From positions 5,377-69,376 of the forward strand of contig CAXRAL010000009.1 of assembly GCA_964228815.1 (NCBI GenBank): DNA of 64,000 nucleotides, in the 5' to 3' direction. The DNA is from Candidatus Poseidoniaceae archaeon (lineage in GTDB: Archaea; Thermoplasmatota; Poseidoniia; Poseidoniales; Poseidoniaceae). The position numbers were made by a program, and so were the translations under genes. Positions 37,590-49,569 of the stretch are shown here, piece by piece (positions within the stretch are counted from its first letter, which is position 1; every line of letters begins with the position of its first letter). The notes under the pieces were generated by a model. That model had not been told where the DNA came from. It did no database searches and saw nothing but the letters and a program-made list of their open reading frames with translations.

Positions 37590-38303
37590 ATGCAAGGAAA
37601 ACGTGTTGTGGTGTTGACAGGAGCAGGAATATCGGCAGAATCTGGCATTCGAACATTCCGAGATGACGGTGGACTTTGGGAGAATCATCGGCTGGAAGAC
37701 GTGGCCACACCCGAAGCTTGGCGAGCCGACCCCGGCTTGGTGTGGCGGTTCTATCAAGCGCGCCGACGCCAACTCAACGAGGTGAAACCGAACCCCGCCC
37801 ACGAGGCCCTGTCACAACTGGCGGATGGTTTGGACAACTTCACCCTCATCACACAGAACGTCGACGATCTTCACGAGCGAGGCGGAAGCAGCGGCGTCGT
37901 CCACATGCACGGGCAACTTGTGACGCTACGCTGCGAAGCGAGTGGACGAAGCGAGGTTCGAATAAGCGACAGCGACCTCAGCGATGCGTTCCTTCGCTGC
38001 TCGTGTTGCGTTGAGCCCGCACGTCTTCGCCCCGACATCGTGTGGTTCGGTGAAATGCCCATGCACATGGAGGCCATTTACGAGGCCGTGGATGCCTGTG
38101 AGGTGTTTGTGGTGGTGGGAAGTTCGGGCCATGTTTACCCGGCCGCTGACCTTGTTCACATCGCCAAATCCAACGGGGCGCGCACAGTGCTGGTCAACGC
38201 TGAGGCGCCGCTCAACGTCGAAGCGTTCGATGAGGTTCACCTTGGCAAGGCCGGCGAGTTGCTCCCCGTGCTCGTCGAAAGGTGGCTTTCGGATGACGAA
38301 TGA
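37590..38303 (+). CDS. cobB: NAD-dependent protein deacylase, Sir2 family
   Basis: VVVLTGAGISAESGIRTFRD, ITQNVDDLHERGG, a zinc-binding Cys set (LRCEAS...RCSCC) and VVGSSGHVYPAA are present. GAGGAGGT lies upstream of the ATG. Confidence 0.92.
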   Translation: MQGKRVVVLTGAGISAESGIRTFRDDGGLWENHRLEDVATPEAWRADPGLVWRFYQARRRQLNEVKPNPAHEALSQLADGLDNFTLITQNVDDLHERGGSSGVVHMHGQLVTLRCEASGRSEVRISDSDLSDAFLRCSCCVEPARLRPDIVWFGEMPMHMEAIYEAVDACEVFVVVGSSGHVYPAADLVHIAKSNGARTVLVNAEAPLNVEAFDEVHLGKAGELLPVLVERWLSDDE

Positions 38304-38310
38304 CCGACCG

Positions 38311-39045
38311 TCAATCCATGCCGACCACGAACACTTGTTCGCACTTGGGGCATTGCACCTCGCCTTGATGTTCGATGGGGAAGCGCAAGTTTGCTCCACA
38401 AGCCGGGCAAGGTGACCTCACCATTGGATTGGCGGGTGCTGTTGGTGCAGTCTCGGCAACGAGACCTTGTGCTTCGAGTTGATACTCCATCACCAATTTT
38501 GCGACGGCCGAGATCAAAAACACGACCAGGCCGAGTTTGATGCCAAGGTTCCCGAACTTGATCGATGAAATCAACCATTCAAACTCGTCGTCGCTGCAGT
38601 TGCTTGCTCCACCCATGGCGCAGAAGCTGCCCAGGAGGATGATCAGCAACACTGCCAACACGATGAGGATGCAGGAGGCGGCCATCATTACGCCACCAAT
38701 GCCCATGCCCGACTGTGCGAATTGTGTCTGTTTGATGGTCTCCTCAACCTGTTCAATGCCTGCCGGCAGGTGCATCTTTCCTTCGTTGTCAACCGTTGGG
38801 CTGTGCAGCATGACCTTGGGCTTTCGTCCGTGGGTTGAAATGAACACAAAGACGGCAATCATGAGGGGCGGGAGCGCACAAAGAAATGACATGACGGGCG
38901 TGATGAGTTCCTCGCATTCTTCCGTCTCCGTAGCGGTGGTGTTCATGCCGCAACCGGTGACGAAGGGAAACACCAGGTACCAACCGAGCGTGATAAGAAC
39001 GAACAGGCCGCTGAAGCCACCGATTCGCTTCAGCATGCTTGCCAA
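38311..39045 (-). CDS. Membrane protein with a C-terminal zinc-ribbon, hypothetical
   Basis: 244 aa with four hydrophobic helices. The C-terminal CPACGANLRFP...VQCPKCEQ is a CxxC...CxxC ribbon. Confidence 0.5.
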   Translation of the reverse strand: MASMLKRIGGFSGLFVLITLGWYLVFPFVTGCGMNTTATETEECEELITPVMSFLCALPPLMIAVFVFISTHGRKPKVMLHSPTVDNEGKMHLPAGIEQVEETIKQTQFAQSGMGIGGVMMAASCILIVLAVLLIILLGSFCAMGGASNCSDDEFEWLISSIKFGNLGIKLGLVVFLISAVAKLVMEYQLEAQGLVAETAPTAPANPMVRSPCPACGANLRFPIEHQGEVQCPKCEQVFVVGMD

Positions 39046-39137
39046 TGTTCAGATGAACTTTTGAAATTTCACCCGTGAACAACCGTTTCATGCCTTGTGA
39101 GGGCCGTTGATTCGGTTGGTGAGAGGGAACCAAGGGT

Positions 39138-40769
39138 TCAGTCAAGCTGGCCGGAGGCTGCTTTGAGCAGGCCGAGGAAGGGTGGGCTGGGCCTGCCCGG
39201 GCGGGATTTGAATTCCGGGTGAAACTGCACACCAACGTAGTAAGGGTGGTCGTTGAGTTCGAAAATTTCGCACCGTTGACCCGATTCGTCCTTGCCGACA
39301 AAGACCAGCCCAGCATCTTCGATGCGTTCGATGAGGTCGGGGTTGACCTCGTAGCGGTGTCGGTGGCGCTCGTCCACTGCGTCGCCCCGGCCGTACAGGG
39401 CTCGAATGGTTGAACCGTCATGTTGCCACAGGGTTGGGCGACTGCCTAGTCGCATCGTACCCCCGAGGTGCGTTTTGGAAATTTCAGGCATGAACACAAC
39501 CGCAGCGTGTTCGGGATTGTCCTCAAACTCCGTGGAGTTTGCACCCTTCATGCCCAGGACATTTCTGCAGAATTCGATGGTGGCGATTTGCAAGCCGAGG
39601 CAGATGCCAAGGTAGGGGACGTTTTCGGTTCGTGCGTAATGAGCGGCCTTGATCTTCCCCTCAACGCCGCGGTCGCCAAATCCGCCGGGAACCAAGACGC
39701 CGTCCGCTTCACGAAGCGCCTTCCATGCCGTGTTGTGCTCTTCGCCGTCCCAGCCATCTTCGAGGTGGCTGGCCTCAATCCAGTCGATGACAAGTTTTCG
39801 ATCCACTGCCATGGCGGCGTGCTGCAGGCTCTTGATGACGGAAAGGTAAGCGTCGGAGAGGTCGGTGTACTTCCCGACCATGGCGATGTGAACCTCTTCG
39901 GTCAAGGTATCAAGGTGGTAGGCCATGGCCTTCCATTCGTCCAGCATGCCGGTGGCTGAACAGTCTACGCCGAGAATATCGCACAGGCCCTGCTCCTGAA
40001 GCATCAGCGGAACATGGTAGATGTTGGGGACATCGTGCGTGGACATGACAGCCTCAGGTTTGACGTGGCAAAACGCTGCAAGTTTGTTCCGAGTTTCTTC
40101 GTTCAGCGGTGCAGAGGAACGGCACACCAAGATGTCGGGTGTGATGCCCAATCCACGGAGTTCCTTGACCGTGTGTTGGGTTGGTTTGGTCTTCTGTTCG
40201 CCGACAGGACCCATCACCGGAACAAGGGAAACATGGACGAAGGTGACGTTTTCACGGCCAACACGGAACTGGAATTGGCGAAGGGCCTCGACGTAGGGTG
40301 ATGATTCGATGTCGCCAACGGTACCTCCGAGTTCGATGATGCAGGCATCGGGGGTTTCGTCGCTGCCGTCAGCGGGCCTTGCCGCCACGTCTTCGATCCA
40401 ATCTTGCACGGCGTCGGTGATATGGGGAATCACCTGCACTGTCTTGCCGAGGTAGTCTCCACGGCGCTCTGCTTCGATGACCTTGGCGTAGATTTTCCCG
40501 GTCGTGAGGTTGTTGTCCTTGGACAGGTTGATGTCAAGGAAGCGTTCGTAGTTGCCGAGGTCAAGGTCAACTTCGCCACCGTCGTCGAGGACGAAGACTT
40601 CGCCGTGTTCAAACGGTGACATGGTCCCTGCATCGCTGTTGAGGTAGGGGTCAATCTTGATCGAGGTGACCCGCAGGCCAGCGGCTTTCAGTAGCACGCC
40701 GATGCTGCTGGCGGTGACACCTTTTCCGAGCCCTGAGAGGACTCCCCCGCTGACCACGACGTACTTCAT
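39138..40769 (-). CDS. pyrG: CTP synthase
   Basis: [24 protein letters not shown] is the N-terminus. The glutamine amidotransferase motifs are GICLGLQ and HRHRYEVN. Confidence 0.96.
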   Translation of the reverse strand: MKYVVVSGGVLSGLGKGVTASSIGVLLKAAGLRVTSIKIDPYLNSDAGTMSPFEHGEVFVLDDGGEVDLDLGNYERFLDINLSKDNNLTTGKIYAKVIEAERRGDYLGKTVQVIPHITDAVQDWIEDVAARPADGSDETPDACIIELGGTVGDIESSPYVEALRQFQFRVGRENVTFVHVSLVPVMGPVGEQKTKPTQHTVKELRGLGITPDILVCRSSAPLNEETRNKLAAFCHVKPEAVMSTHDVPNIYHVPLMLQEQGLCDILGVDCSATGMLDEWKAMAYHLDTLTEEVHIAMVGKYTDLSDAYLSVIKSLQHAAMAVDRKLVIDWIEASHLEDGWDGEEHNTAWKALREADGVLVPGGFGDRGVEGKIKAAHYARTENVPYLGICLGLQIATIEFCRNVLGMKGANSTEFEDNPEHAAVVFMPEISKTHLGGTMRLGSRPTLWQHDGSTIRALYGRGDAVDERHRHRYEVNPDLIERIEDAGLVFVGKDESGQRCEIFELNDHPYYVGVQFHPEFKSRPGRPSPPFLGLLKAASGQLD

Positions 40770-40902
40770 TGCAACATCAACGGGCTTTTAGGCCGTCGCG
40801 CCTACCTAATCAACATACCGAACCGTCCCGACAATCGCGTTCCAAGACAACGTGAGCGAAGGATGAAAAGGCGTCCGACGAACAATACGGCGAGGGCGGA
40901 CC

Positions 40903-41955
40903 ATGGCATCGATACCTGCAACCATGACGGCATGGACCAAGACCCGTGCCGAGGTTGGTGGCTTCTCCAAGGAAGAACACGCCGTGCCTTCGCCGGCCGC
41001 AGGTGAAGTCCTCATCAAGACTCAATCCACCTCGGTTTGCGGCACGGACATCCACATCTGGAAATGGGACCAATGGAGTCGGGACAACGTGCCGCTTGGC
41101 ACCGTAACCGGACACGAAACCAGCGGGACGGTGGTGGCTGTGGGCGAGGGGGTCTCTTCGCACAAGGTCGGCGACCTCATTGCCGTTGAGTGTCATCTTG
41201 CTTGCTGGAATTGCCCTCGTTGCGAGGAAGGAAACGCTCATGTTTGTGAAAACGGGTCGATTTTCGGCGTCCATGGCAACGGTGCCTTTGCCCCGTACTT
41301 TGTGGTCCCTGCTGTCAACGCTCGCCATGTGCCCAAAGGCCTCGACCCCGGTCATGCCTCCATTCAGGACCCCCTGGGCAATGCCATCCACACCTTGACG
41401 GGTGGTCCCGTAGAGGGAGCGACGGTTGCTGTTCACGGTCTAGGCCCCATCGGGTTGTTCGCCGTGAACGCCGCCAAAGCCATGGGTGCTGCCAAGGTCA
41501 TCGCCGTGGACTGGGACAACACCTACCGCATGGCGCTCGCCGAGGAACTGGGTGCCGACTTGGTGCTCGGGAAAGACCACGACGTGGTCGCCAGCATCCT
41601 CGAGGCAACCGACGGACGCGGCGTGGACAACAGCTGCGAGTTTTCGGGGGCTGCCTCAGCACTCTCCAATGCCATTTATTCCACCCGAATGGGAGGCTAT
41701 GTCAACGTCCTGTCCGTGTACGGTGGGGGTGCCCCAGAGGTACCCATGAACGAGGTCGTGTTCCGTTACTTGCACCTCAAGGGCATCAACGGTCGAAAGA
41801 TGTGGTCAACGTGGGACACCATGCACGACTTGCTGGAGCAAGGCCTCATCGACGTGGACAAAGTCGTCACTCACCGCATGGACATTGACGAATTCGAAGA
41901 AGCCGTTCAGTTGGCCATGGAAGGCAACTGCGGCAAAGTCGTGCTTGACTTCTGA
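40903..41955 (+). CDS. tdh: L-threonine 3-dehydrogenase (zinc-dependent MDR family)
   Basis: SVCGTDIHIWKWDQWSRDNVPLGTVTGHETSGTVVAVGEG is close to the Tdh pattern CGTDxHIxxWDxW. The structural zinc motif is CWNCPRCEEGNAHVC and the Rossmann motif is VHGLGPIG. Confidence 0.85.
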   Translation: MASIPATMTAWTKTRAEVGGFSKEEHAVPSPAAGEVLIKTQSTSVCGTDIHIWKWDQWSRDNVPLGTVTGHETSGTVVAVGEGVSSHKVGDLIAVECHLACWNCPRCEEGNAHVCENGSIFGVHGNGAFAPYFVVPAVNARHVPKGLDPGHASIQDPLGNAIHTLTGGPVEGATVAVHGLGPIGLFAVNAAKAMGAAKVIAVDWDNTYRMALAEELGADLVLGKDHDVVASILEATDGRGVDNSCEFSGAASALSNAIYSTRMGGYVNVLSVYGGGAPEVPMNEVVFRYLHLKGINGRKMWSTWDTMHDLLEQGLIDVDKVVTHRMDIDEFEEAVQLAMEGNCGKVVLDF

Positions 41956-41958
41956 GGT

Positions 41959-43587
41959 TCAAGCCTTGATCCAACGGTAGCGTCGTGCCCCTTCCTCAAC
42001 GCCTTCTTCACCGATGTCAACGAGAGCGAACTCGCCCTTGGGCTCAATCACGCTGTTGTCTTGGGTGCCCTTGTGGAGGTTTTCGTAGGTCACATGGTCG
42101 ATGGCCATGCGTCCTGCGAGTCGCTCAAACAAGCGCCAGGTGGCGACCACTTCTCGCCAGCGGGGGTTGACTTTGCCTTCGAAGACCTTGGCTTTGGCTC
42201 CTGAGCCGTAGCCGCACATGCCGAACAAGGTGTTGTCGAGGTTGCTGTTGTCCTCAAGGTCGGACTCAAACGTCGACATCAATGCAAGGAAGATGGAACC
42301 GGTGTATTGGTTGCCAATCAGGCTGCTCGCACGCTGGCCTTTTTCGATGCGCTCTGCGTGAAACTGCGTGTATTGGGTGGTTTTGGAAATCTTCCGACGG
42401 TAGGCATCCTTTTCTTTCTCCCAAGCCGCCAGCGTCTCCTCATCATCGGAGCCAGGGCGTTCAGGCATGGGACCGATCTCTGCCACCACGTCCTCCCACA
42501 TCGCCGTGTGCTCACGGTCGTGGCGAAACACGTCGGGGAACATCCGCTTGGCTTGGTAGGCGTAGGGCAAGTGCATAATGATGCGAGACCACTGCTGAGT
42601 GAACGGGTCATCCGTCGATGGCTCAATGCGGCCAGCCCGCTCGGCTTTGTTGCTGAAATCAAAGAAGGCTTGGCGAACAGCATTTTGATAGCAGAGGTTG
42701 GAAAATTGCCCGTCGAAAACGGGGTCGTCTCGGTGGACGCTGACCTTTTCTTCACCGTGGGCGAAGATGCCGAGCTTTCTGACAGTGGATTTCGGTAGAT
42801 GGCGGATCATCCGGTCAACGAGGCCTTTCTTGACGGTCTGACCGGCTTCCTGAGCGAGTTGAATGACATTGGAGATAACCGAGCGAATGGACACCTCTCG
42901 TCGGGGCTTGAAGAAATCGTGGACCGGCGTGGTTGAGACGCCGATGCAGTCGGGAATTTCGAGCAATCGCGGGTTGCGTCGAATGAGCAAGGCGCCACCA
43001 CCCGCTCCCTGCGTGTACTCTCCAGAGGATTCCAACGCGTACTTGGCGTTGTCAGAGAAAATCACGATACCTAAGCGCTCGTCCTTTTCACTGGAGCGTG
43101 CTACCCAGTCCAGCGTGGTGTGGAGGGCATCCACAGCGCCGATGCACGCAAAGGTCATGTCGACCACATCGCAGGTGCGGAAGCAGTCCTCACCGAAGCG
43201 TTCGGCGTAGCGCTGGGTCAACATGTCGACGATGTAGGTCGCCGTTGGTTTTGCGCCGTCGAGCGCTGATTCAGTGCCGAGGTACATCCGACCGATGGTC
43301 CTCGGGTCGAGACCGTTTCGGTCGATGAGTTGCATCACGGCCATGGCGCCCATCGTGGCGGTGTCTTCGTGAACATCGGGGATCGCCATGGCTTCAAGCC
43401 CGAGGCCTTTGCTGAGCTTCCCGTAGTCCGCTCCTCGAAGGTCAGCGAAGTCCTTCATGTCCATGTAGAGGCGAGGAAAATGAATCGCAATGTCGTCGAT
43501 GCCGACAGGGGTGTTACTTTCTTCGGGCACCTTTGTTCCTCGGACCTTCAGTATATGAAGGGCAGGTTTCAACCATGGGCCCATCAA
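41959..43587 (-). CDS. Hydroxymethylglutaryl-CoA synthase, long form
   Basis: HMGCS catalytic motifs are present: LGTESALDGAKP (Glu), TFACIGAVDAL (Cys), MHLPYAYQ (His) and GNQYTGSIFLAL. At 542 aa it is much longer than the roughly 350-aa archaeal enzyme. The start overlaps the thermosome stop by 4 nt. Confidence 0.8.
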   Translation of the reverse strand: MMGPWLKPALHILKVRGTKVPEESNTPVGIDDIAIHFPRLYMDMKDFADLRGADYGKLSKGLGLEAMAIPDVHEDTATMGAMAVMQLIDRNGLDPRTIGRMYLGTESALDGAKPTATYIVDMLTQRYAERFGEDCFRTCDVVDMTFACIGAVDALHTTLDWVARSSEKDERLGIVIFSDNAKYALESSGEYTQGAGGGALLIRRNPRLLEIPDCIGVSTTPVHDFFKPRREVSIRSVISNVIQLAQEAGQTVKKGLVDRMIRHLPKSTVRKLGIFAHGEEKVSVHRDDPVFDGQFSNLCYQNAVRQAFFDFSNKAERAGRIEPSTDDPFTQQWSRIIMHLPYAYQAKRMFPDVFRHDREHTAMWEDVVAEIGPMPERPGSDDEETLAAWEKEKDAYRRKISKTTQYTQFHAERIEKGQRASSLIGNQYTGSIFLALMSTFESDLEDNSNLDNTLFGMCGYGSGAKAKVFEGKVNPRWREVVATWRLFERLAGRMAIDHVTYENLHKGTQDNSVIEPKGEFALVDIGEEGVEEGARRYRWIKA

Positions 43588-45179
43588 TCCTCTTCGTCAG
43601 GCATTTCTGGAATCGAAGGGTCTTGCTTAGCCCACAACACGTCGTCGATGCGAAGGACGGAGAGGGCGGCTTCCGTAGCGCCAGCCAACACCTGGCGGGT
43701 GATGCGCAACGGTTCCACGATGCCATCGTCCATCATGCTCGATGGCGTTTTGTTTTCCACGTTCAAACCGATGTGGTGAGCATCAGGGCCTTGGTGTGTG
43801 CTTTGCTTCGCCACCGTTTGGAGCAGTGAATCCAACGGGTCAAGACCGGCGTTTTGAGCGAGGGTTCGTGGAATGATTTCAAGGGCGTCAGCGTAGGCTT
43901 CAATGGCCAGTTGTTCCCGACCGGCGAAGCCTTCGGCGAAGCGTCGCAAATGTCGGGCAAGAGCGATTTGAGTCGCTCCGCCTCCAGCGAGCAGGTATGG
44001 CTCCTCGAGAAGTTGGCACGCCACACCGAGGGCGTCGGCGAAACATCGCTCAACTTCACCGACGGTTTCGTTGGTTGAACCCTTGGCGATGAAGGTCGCT
44101 CCGCCTTCTTCGGTTTCGACGATCCAGTGCATGATGCCGTTCCACCGTTCGTTTCGGCTGGCGATGAACACCCCCAAGTCGGAGGCCGTGAGTCCCTTGA
44201 CATCGTTGTTGAGGGTGGCGTTGGTTCCACGGGCCAGGAGATCGAGGTCGGAACGAGCCACCCGGCGGTAGGCTTGGATACCAGCGTCGGTGAGGGCCGC
44301 GTGAACGTCGTCATCAATCCCTTCTTTGCAGGCGAGCAGCGTGACGCCAAGGTCGACCAGGTGGCTGATTTGGTCCAGCAGCATCGTTTTTTCTTGCTTC
44401 CGGAAACTCTCCAACACACCGGTGCTGGCAACGTTGAGTTTGACGTTGCTCATCATTTCCCGTCGTTCAAGGCCCCCGTCAACCAAGGCAACCTTGCCCG
44501 ATGCCAGCGACTTTGGCATGCGGTCCGTGACTCGCTTTTTGGCCAGCACCAGTCCGGTGACAAGCGAAGAGTCCGTCATGCTCCCACCCGTTTGGGTGAG
44601 GATCTTCACACGGGTTGGGTCGGCAAGGATACCCTCTGGGCGTTCTTCTGCAACCGCTTTTGCTGCCTCAATGGCAAGGCCAGCGAGGTGCTCCTGCATG
44701 GCTCGGTGAATCTTTCCAGAGAGGGAAGTCGTAGCGGCGGCCATCATCTGGTGCTCAGTGGCGTCAATGACCAGTGTCTCGAAGTGTTGCCTGCACGCTT
44801 CTTCGGCCTGACGGTACCCTCGTGCGATGGCCGAGGGGTGAACGCCCTGCAGCACCAACTCCCAAGCGTTCTGCAGCAATTCTGCTGAAAGCAGCACGGC
44901 ACTGGTCGTTCCGTCCCGCGCGATTCGGTCTTGGGTGGTGGAGGCGTTGATGAGCATGCGAGCCACCGGGTGCTCAACCTTGGCCGATTCGAGGACGGTG
45001 ACACCGTCGTTGGTGACCATGGTTCGCCCTTCGTCGTCGATGAGCAACTTGTCCTGGCCCAGCGGGCCCAGTGTGGTCCGCACGGCGCCTGCAAGTGCCA
45101 TGGCGGCCGTGATGTTGTTGCGAAGGGCTTCACGACCGGTGGTTCGCGTCGTCTCCTTGAGAATGGGGACTTCGCTCAT
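43584..45179 (-). CDS. ths: Thermosome subunit (group II chaperonin)
   Basis: AVRTTLGPLGQDKLLIDDEGRTMVTNDGVTVLE, the ATP-binding motif GDGTTS as ARDGTTSAV, and VLAGGGATQIALA are present. The ATG at 45179 (MSEVPILKE) is preferred over the ORF-track start at 45212. Confidence 0.94.
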   Translation of the reverse strand: MSEVPILKETTRTTGREALRNNITAAMALAGAVRTTLGPLGQDKLLIDDEGRTMVTNDGVTVLESAKVEHPVARMLINASTTQDRIARDGTTSAVLLSAELLQNAWELVLQGVHPSAIARGYRQAEEACRQHFETLVIDATEHQMMAAATTSLSGKIHRAMQEHLAGLAIEAAKAVAEERPEGILADPTRVKILTQTGGSMTDSSLVTGLVLAKKRVTDRMPKSLASGKVALVDGGLERREMMSNVKLNVASTGVLESFRKQEKTMLLDQISHLVDLGVTLLACKEGIDDDVHAALTDAGIQAYRRVARSDLDLLARGTNATLNNDVKGLTASDLGVFIASRNERWNGIMHWIVETEEGGATFIAKGSTNETVGEVERCFADALGVACQLLEEPYLLAGGGATQIALARHLRRFAEGFAGREQLAIEAYADALEIIPRTLAQNAGLDPLDSLLQTVAKQSTHQGPDAHHIGLNVENKTPSSMMDDGIVEPLRITRQVLAGATEAALSVLRIDDVLWAKQDPSIPEMPDEED

Positions 45180-45235
45180 ACGCCGTCCACCGACCTCTTC
45201 CCCATAAGCCAAGCGCTTGAGGCTTGAGGTTGGGT

Positions 45236-47119
<1,884 letters not shown>

Positions 47120-47133
47120 TGTGTTCACGTCCT

Positions 47134-47820
47134 TCAAAAGATGGGGATGCCACCGTCGTCATCGTCATCGTCGTCGTCGCCGAGGTCGATGCTCACCTCC
47201 CCCGGGGCAGGGAGGGAATCGTCATCCTTCGTCTCCAACGCCTTTCCTTGTGGCGTCAGTTTCAGGGTGATGTCGAGAATGCCGTTGTTCAGGGTCCAGT
47301 TGACGACATCGTCGCAGGGGTGGGGGAGTTCCACCAATGCCAAGGGCTTGGGTTGGGTGGTGCGCATGATTTCAATTTGCGAACCGTTCTTGATGAGTTC
47401 AATTTCGAGGTGTTCGGATTCAATGTCACCTTTGAGGGCAAAGTCGAGGGTGACCGACATGTTCCAACCGTCGAGGTAGACATCCTCAGCAGGGAGTTTG
47501 ACGGTCTCGTCGTCGTTGTCTTCCAGAGCAGCAGGATCCATTTCGACCGGAGCAGCATCCACGCGGATGTCCATGCCGAGGTTCTTGAACAGGTCCTCCA
47601 CGGAGGTGCCAGCGTTGAACATCTTGGAGATGTCCGATATGTCGAAGTTAAAATTGACCTCACCCTTGGCAATTTTTTCGGGGTTGATCCCGAGGGCATC
47701 GAACTGGTCCTTGAACTGGTTCATGAAGCCCTTGAGTTGTTCTCGATTGATGGGCATGCCCATGTTTCTGAGCATCTCTTCGAGTTTGTCCAACAAGTCG
47801 TCTTCCCAGTCGTCAGCCAT
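47134..47820 (-). CDS. Atypical small heat-shock protein (Hsp20/alpha-crystallin domain) with a long acidic N-terminal region and a poly-Asp + IPIF tail
   Basis: The alpha-crystallin-like core is [41 protein letters not shown]...[25 protein letters not shown], with NG[IV]L.I.L as the hallmark. The C-terminal [14 protein letters not shown] contains an I-x-I motif. The gene sits immediately upstream of dnaK. Confidence 0.6.
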   Translation of the reverse strand: MADDWEDDLLDKLEEMLRNMGMPINREQLKGFMNQFKDQFDALGINPEKIAKGEVNFNFDISDISKMFNAGTSVEDLFKNLGMDIRVDAAPVEMDPAALEDNDDETVKLPAEDVYLDGWNMSVTLDFALKGDIESEHLEIELIKNGSQIEIMRTTQPKPLALVELPHPCDDVVNWTLNNGILDITLKLTPQGKALETKDDDSLPAPGEVSIDLGDDDDDDDDGGIPIF

Positions 47821-47874
47821 TGCCCAACACCACTACTAAACCATCGGTTATGTAATGGCGAGGGTGCAACCCCA

Positions 47875-47882
47875 TATAAATC
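47875..47882 (-). promoter_or_regulatory. TATA-like box (minus strand ATTTATAT) upstream of the hsp20-dnaK genes
   Basis: This is the only strongly AT-rich octamer in the 174-nt intergenic region. It lies about 55-60 nt upstream of the ATG at 47820. Confidence 0.35.
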
Positions 47883-47994
47883 TAATCAAATCGGCCCACT
47901 GAGGCCAACCAGGCCAAAAAGCGGTCGTAGCGTGTTCACGATGAACATCTCAACGTGCGTGGCTACTTCGGGTGGCCCAGCCAATGGGTCAAAC

Positions 47995-49488
47995 TCACTC
48001 GCCGGTAATCAGGCGAACCATGGTACGGACGTGGATGCCGGTGGCGCCGTGGCCGACCATCTTGTTGGTCTTGGCACCCCAGTAGGTTCCTGCGATGTCC
48101 ATGTGAGCCCAGGTGATTTGCTCGGCATCGTCGCCTTCGCCTCGGTTGGGGACGAATTGCTTGAGGAAGGCAGCGGCGGTGTTGGCACCGCCCCATCGGC
48201 CAGCACCGAGGTTGCGGGTGTCGGCGATCTTGGAATCGGTCATCTCCTTCTCGAAGGCGGGCAGGAGTGGCATTGGCCAGGCGAGCTCGCCAACGTCGTT
48301 GCCTGCTTCGTGAATTCGGGTCCGGAAGTCATCGTCGTTGGACCACAAGCCGGTCGCTTCGTGGCCGAGGGCCACGACGCACGCACCGGTCAAGGTCGCA
48401 AAGTCCACGATGTATTCGGGGTCGTAATCGGTGCCGGCCTTCCACAGGCCGTCGGAGAGCACCAAGCGGCCTTCAGCGTCGGTGTTGAGCACCTCAATGG
48501 TCTTGCCAGAGAGGGTGGTGATGACGTCGCCGGGTCGCTGGGCGTTGGCAGCGGGCATGTTCTCTGCCATGCAGGTGATGGCGACCACCTTGCCGGGGTA
48601 GCCGCTGGAAGCGAGGGCTTCCATGGTCCCAAAGACAGTGGCGGAGCCACCCATGTCGTACTTCATTTCGTCCATGTTGGCACCGGGCTTGAGCGAGATG
48701 CCACCCGTGTCAAAGGTGATGCCCTTGCCGACCAGCATGGGGTGTCGGCCTTTCTGGTCGCCGTTGAGGGTGAAGATAACCATGCAAGGCTTACGGGACG
48801 AACCCATGCCGACCGCAACGAGGCCGCCCATGCCGTGTCGCTTGGCGGCTTCGTAGTCGATGACCTCGACCTTGGCGTTGTCGTACTGCTTGGCCCATCG
48901 CTCGGCTTTTTCAGCGAAGGCCATGGGGTACATGTCGTTGGGGGGGCAGTTGCCGAGATCCCGGGAAAGGTGGACGCCGCCCACGATGGAAGCGGCTCGG
49001 TCGATGGCGGCCGACAGGGCCGTAGCATCGCCTTCGTTGCAGTTGATACGAGCGGAGAGGTTCGTCTCTTCCTCATCGTCGTCCTTCTTCTTGTAGACGT
49101 TGTAGGAGTAATCGCGAAGCATCATGCCCTCAGCAAAGGAGGCCATCGAGGTGAGGTCAGCATCGTGGAAGACCACGGTCAATTCGTTGCCGTGGACCTT
49201 CTTGCAGGAAGCCACCACGGTTGCGCCGGCTTCTCGGTAGGCGTGGACATCGGCCTTGTCGGTCTTTCCAAGACCGACGAGCATGGCCTTGCCGCCATCG
49301 GTTCCCACGAGGGTCATGGTGGCGTTGGCCTTGGCCTTGAAGTCGCCATCGCCCAGCACACGGTTGATTTGGGCTTTGAGGCTGGAGGGAATCCCCTCAA
49401 CGATTTCGGGGAGTGCTTCTTCGCCTTCGAAAAGAGGAAGGACGAGGGTTCCGTTGATGTTGTTGCCTGAACTGATGGTCACTTGCAT
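47995..49488 (-). CDS. pepA: Leucyl aminopeptidase (M17 family)
   Basis: The M17 signature NTDAEGRLVLSD is present, along with GKGITFDTGGISLKP. The ATG at 49488 (MQVTISSG...) is preferred over the ORF-track start at 49527. Confidence 0.92.
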   Translation of the reverse strand: MQVTISSGNNINGTLVLPLFEGEEALPEIVEGIPSSLKAQINRVLGDGDFKAKANATMTLVGTDGGKAMLVGLGKTDKADVHAYREAGATVVASCKKVHGNELTVVFHDADLTSMASFAEGMMLRDYSYNVYKKKDDDEEETNLSARINCNEGDATALSAAIDRAASIVGGVHLSRDLGNCPPNDMYPMAFAEKAERWAKQYDNAKVEVIDYEAAKRHGMGGLVAVGMGSSRKPCMVIFTLNGDQKGRHPMLVGKGITFDTGGISLKPGANMDEMKYDMGGSATVFGTMEALASSGYPGKVVAITCMAENMPAANAQRPGDVITTLSGKTIEVLNTDAEGRLVLSDGLWKAGTDYDPEYIVDFATLTGACVVALGHEATGLWSNDDDFRTRIHEAGNDVGELAWPMPLLPAFEKEMTDSKIADTRNLGAGRWGGANTAAAFLKQFVPNRGEGDDAEQITWAHMDIAGTYWGAKTNKMVGHGATGIHVRTMVRLITGE

Positions 49489-49569
49489 GGGTTCACCGGT
49501 ATGCCCCAACGATTTCCTCCACTTCAACCCTCGCAGTCATCGGTCAGCCACGGGATGGCGTCCTTGACC

